NCBI RefSeq assembly: GCF_052425735.1
Contig: NC_135763.1
Span: 38,130,001-38,194,000 of the forward strand
Source: Oculina patagonica
Taxonomy: Eukaryota
Reading direction: 5' to 3'
Length of the DNA stretch: 64,000 nucleotides
In this document: one piece after another, positions 60,707-64,000 of the stretch
Layout: each line of letters opens with the position of its first letter
Position numbering within the stretch: position 1 is the stretch's first letter
Position numbers and translations under genes: made by a program
The notes under the pieces: model-generated
Database searches by the model: none
What the model was told of the DNA's origin: nothing
What the model saw: only the letters and a program-made list of their open reading frames with translations

Positions 60707-62510
60707 GAATAAGAACAAAAAAGAAGGAGTAAGCGTAGAACTTACTTCGATTCATTAGGTACCACACGGAGAGATCAACGCCACAATCGGGTGTTAATTG
60801 CATCATTGCCGATACAAAACCGATTAAAGTCTTCTACAATCTTGAGTTAAAAATGCTTACAAACTGGCTTTCTGTGGGGTCGTTTTCTGAGCAAGAAAGA
60901 TAGCATCAAACCACTTGAAACACAAAAAGCTTCGGTATAACGAGGCTTTGATCTTAACAAATGGAGTTATCTTTTACTTTTATCCCGGAGCTTATCTTTT
61001 GATTTACTATTTATTTCGATTCTAGTATAAAAGACGAAGCATGGTATGTTTTACTTTTAGAAGAACCCAACAAAATGCGTATTTAAATCACCTTATCGCA
61101 TGTGCAGATAACACAGAACATGACTCCAAAAGGAGTGATGTCTGGGTGCCAGCTATCGCCAATATTGTAGTGAAGAAAGCCAAAGTTGCAGCCTGTCAAA
61201 AGAAAAAAAATTGAAATAAAATTGGTCAGTAACACCCCACTTGAATGTCGCCTGCTTTTGCAGGTTTTGTTTTAATAAACAATTGTGCATTAGCGACGCG
61301 ATCTGACGATCTTATATCCACGTTTGTTTTGTTAGCTAGATTTAAAAGATAGTTAACTGATTTAATGGTACTCGATAATTTCAAGCACATTTGTGATACA
61401 AGATCAATCCACTAACATCAAGAAAAGCCTCTCCGTGTTGTTTCCGTGAAGGAATGAGAAGGATTTTTAGCTTTCTAGATCATTAAATCAAATAAGAATG
61501 TTTAAGGGTGGCTGTATATAGCACTAAGTCCAAAAGTACGCGATTATCTGCACTTCAGTTAACTCTGTCCAATACCAGCTAAAACAAATTTATAACCTTT
61601 TAAGAAATTGCTAGTACAAAGCGCGTCCCAGCTGCTTATATATCAACGGTCGAATAAGGTTATTTACGGAGTTTTATTCTAGGGAATAACCTCTTTATGT
61701 TTTGCACAATTTTGCATGCTTGTTCGTTATCTCTAATGGATGCTGAGAGCCTGTCTGGGAACGCGCCTAATTTGAAAATTTGTGGTCCGGGAATTTTCAC
61801 GCTATTTGAGTTGCTCAGTAGTGCGTGGTGGCTAAAATTAAACTTGAATGCGGAAAGTTAACATTTTTACCGCGCAAGCTAGATATTCAAAGGAATGCGA
61901 ACAAATGGGGCCGCGAATCTCATAGCTAAAGCATGACGTCTTCATCTCCGTCACTTCCATCCGTTTTCACTCAGTTCTCGAGACGTAGTAACGAGGAAAA
62001 ATAAAAATTCACTTTAGAAAATTGAGCATTAATTCCGCCTGTTTCTCATAATATTCAGTAAAAATCAATTTCTAAGTTGAGCTTAAAAGATCTACCGCAG
62101 CCCAAAGTTGCTTGTGTTAGCTGTGTTTTGGATGTAAATAAAAGGCACATGACTGCCCACCCCGGGTGATTTTTCATGGTGTGTTTGACACTTGCTTGAG
62201 AGTAAAGCGGTAAAATACCTTAAGTAAAGATCGACTAACTTATAAACATCTTCTCATGTTTAACTCAACGGCTAGAAAAATGCCTAAAAAGCGCTTAACC
62301 GAACAGTAAATGCAGCAAAGAATTGGTTGTGACAGGAACACAAGTAAACTGACGTTTGGCACAACACTCACCTTCAGAGTTGGTAGAAATTGGTTGATAT
62401 TCACTGCCCACTGGTCTGAGAACCAACTCCGCTGAATTCGACGGCGTACAAAGAGTTAAAAATAATAAAATCAAAATTTCCAGTCCAAAGGAATCCTTCG
62501 TGCGTCCCAT
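49788..62510 (-). CDS. chrd: Chordin (BMP antagonist): signal peptide, CR1, CHRD domains, CR2-CR4; 20 exons: 62510-62372, 61192-61092, 58903-58783, 58648-58534, 58432-58339, 58009-57868, 56680-56558, 56388-56288, 55572-55422, 55118-55012, 54575-54456, 53719-53563, 53087-52846, 52654-52388, 52318-52222, 52092-51932, 51700-51598, 50703-50659, 50549-50452, 49892-49788
   Basis: Spliced translation gives GCNFG..WHPDITPFGVMFCVICTC..GHCCPSC (CR1), CHRD motifs (LLSGNEVVPRIQTGAAGQAWFSLDKNCALHYHL, GELRSQV) and three C-terminal vWC repeats (WHPFVQPFGYMRCHACTC, WKPYFPLFGPSRCITCKC). Confidence 0.95.
53760..53931. mobile_element. Tc1/mariner-type MITE in a chordin intron
   Basis: TA|CAGTCAACTCTCTCTTAACGGACACC ... 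GGTGTCCGTTTTAGAGAGAGTTGACTG|TA. Confidence 0.85.
54841..54907. repeat. Short hairpin MITE
   Basis: CCTCGTTCCCAGGGCTTTTCCCTT ... AAGGGAAAAGCCCTGGGAACGAGG. Confidence 0.75.
55720..55919. other. Assembly gap (200 N) inside a chordin intron
   Basis: Run of N; flanking exons join in frame. Confidence 0.99.
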
Positions 62511-64000
62511 CGTAGCGAACCTCGAGTCGGCACTGCTTGTTAGTTGTGAGAGTTCGAAAGCGTGAGAATATATGGCAATACGTCACAATTCTGCCGGCTA
62601 GTCAAACAACCGCACGCCAACTTAAACAGAATACAAACAGGCACCTGATTTGCACCACGGACAATATTTACTATTTTCATTGTTCTATTGCTGGATTTGC
62701 TTGTTTTCGCCCCCCTTGGACGTATTTGTTCTTTATAACCTAATATCATCACTTTACTATTGAGTTGTGACTTCCTCAGGTTAATAAGTTTCATCGCACG
62801 TGATTGAAAATGAGTGACATCGGCAGAGGTAACTTCACTTCGTGTACGTGCGATATCATCTCTTCACGTGACCACGGACACTCAAACTGCGGTTCGGCTG
62901 ACTTTTAGTAACCGATCCTTACTTGACTTCACCATACCGGGCGTATTTTGTAGGTTTGTAGCCGAGGTTTTTGGGGTTCCGCTGGCGCGATTTATCAGTG
63001 TTTATATAGAATTATATTGCTTGTTGACTCAATTAGCTTGATTGTTCTTCTAATCATTGTTTTGTGCCTGACGCTGCGTTCATTGAAGTCTCATTGTACT
63101 GTGCTGTATTCCTGCACATTCGCTCGATAATCCCACCCAACAATAAGTTTCACACTCTCCACGAGAAAGTAAACAATTGCGCAGAGGAGGTCTTTTTGAC
63201 AATGAAGAAACAACCAAATTCCAACCTTTCACTTTGTTTACATAATATTGACGGGTATTTTGTAAACATTTCTATCGTGTTAAGCGATTTGAGCTAAACT
63301 CAATCCTTGTTTAGTTTTCGTGCTCAGACCTGCTATCAAGTAAAGACTTTTTGCAGTGTGACTTTCTCAAAACCCAACGTGCTACGCGCTACCTTAAAAG
63401 ACAAATCGCACGCGAACTATTTTAATTGTATACTGTCGAGCCAATGGTCTCGTCAGTTTGCTCGAATGTATACCAGTTATTTGTTTAATGATAACTTGTC
63501 GGTTCTTCTTCAGTATGTCGAGTCATCCTTTCGCTATATAGCTACCAAAAGTTCAATACAAACCGAAAAGCGGTAATTCACTGTTGAACGTAAGTTTTTG
63601 ACGTACAGCATGCTTGGTGTTGGTTCGGTATGGAAGGAATTTTTTCCAGACTGTACTGTAAGAGTGCCGGCTCGGCATCGCGGTCCTAAGCACGTCAGAA
63701 ACACGAGACCCTAGGCAATCGATGACTACGAGTTTCGTTTTGAAAAAAAACCGCTTTAAGAGTATTTTCGCCGTCTCTTGGGAATAGAGATAAAAAGGTT
63801 GTTCTAGACCAAAGTACAGAATGAGCGCACAAGAAGACATTTAAGCCCTAGCGGACGCCGATACTTGCTAAAAACCACGACAGATTCCTCTACTGAATGA
63901 GAAAAAATGATCGCATTAAACGTTGTGTTCGTCGACCAATATGTGTACTTAAGACGCTGAAAACCAGATAAAGGCCTAACTCTTCGAACTGCTCCTCCTT

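Noticed and set aside
58950-62300. Scattered TCF-like (CTTTGAT) sites in chordin introns
   Set aside because: Frequency cannot be told apart from chance in AT-rich DNA without comparative data.

Overview
Eukaryotic, intron-rich, AT-rich genomic DNA. The chordin, the CARD-caspase and the repeat types point to an anthozoan cnidarian, probably a stony coral (inference). From left to right: (1) 0.3-24.4 kb, minus strand: a tandem cluster of six paralogous genes for single-pass membrane proteins with almost no ectodomain and long disordered cytoplasmic tails. Three tails carry arrays of conserved tyrosine motifs (YxN, EPIYA-like, ITIM/ITSM-like) and three lack them. This architecture resembles vertebrate transmembrane adaptor proteins (LAT/NTAL/PAG type) and is the best candidate for an undescribed system. 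(2) A divergently transcribed three-exon CARD-caspase (29.3-37.1 kb, +) whose second intron holds a young full-length Ty3/Gypsy LTR retrotransposon. (3) RER1 (42.4-46.2 kb, +). (4) A 20-exon chordin (49.8-62.5 kb, -). Many MITEs and SINE fragments and one 200-N assembly gap are also present. Exon boundaries were read by eye from GT/AG sites and frame continuity.
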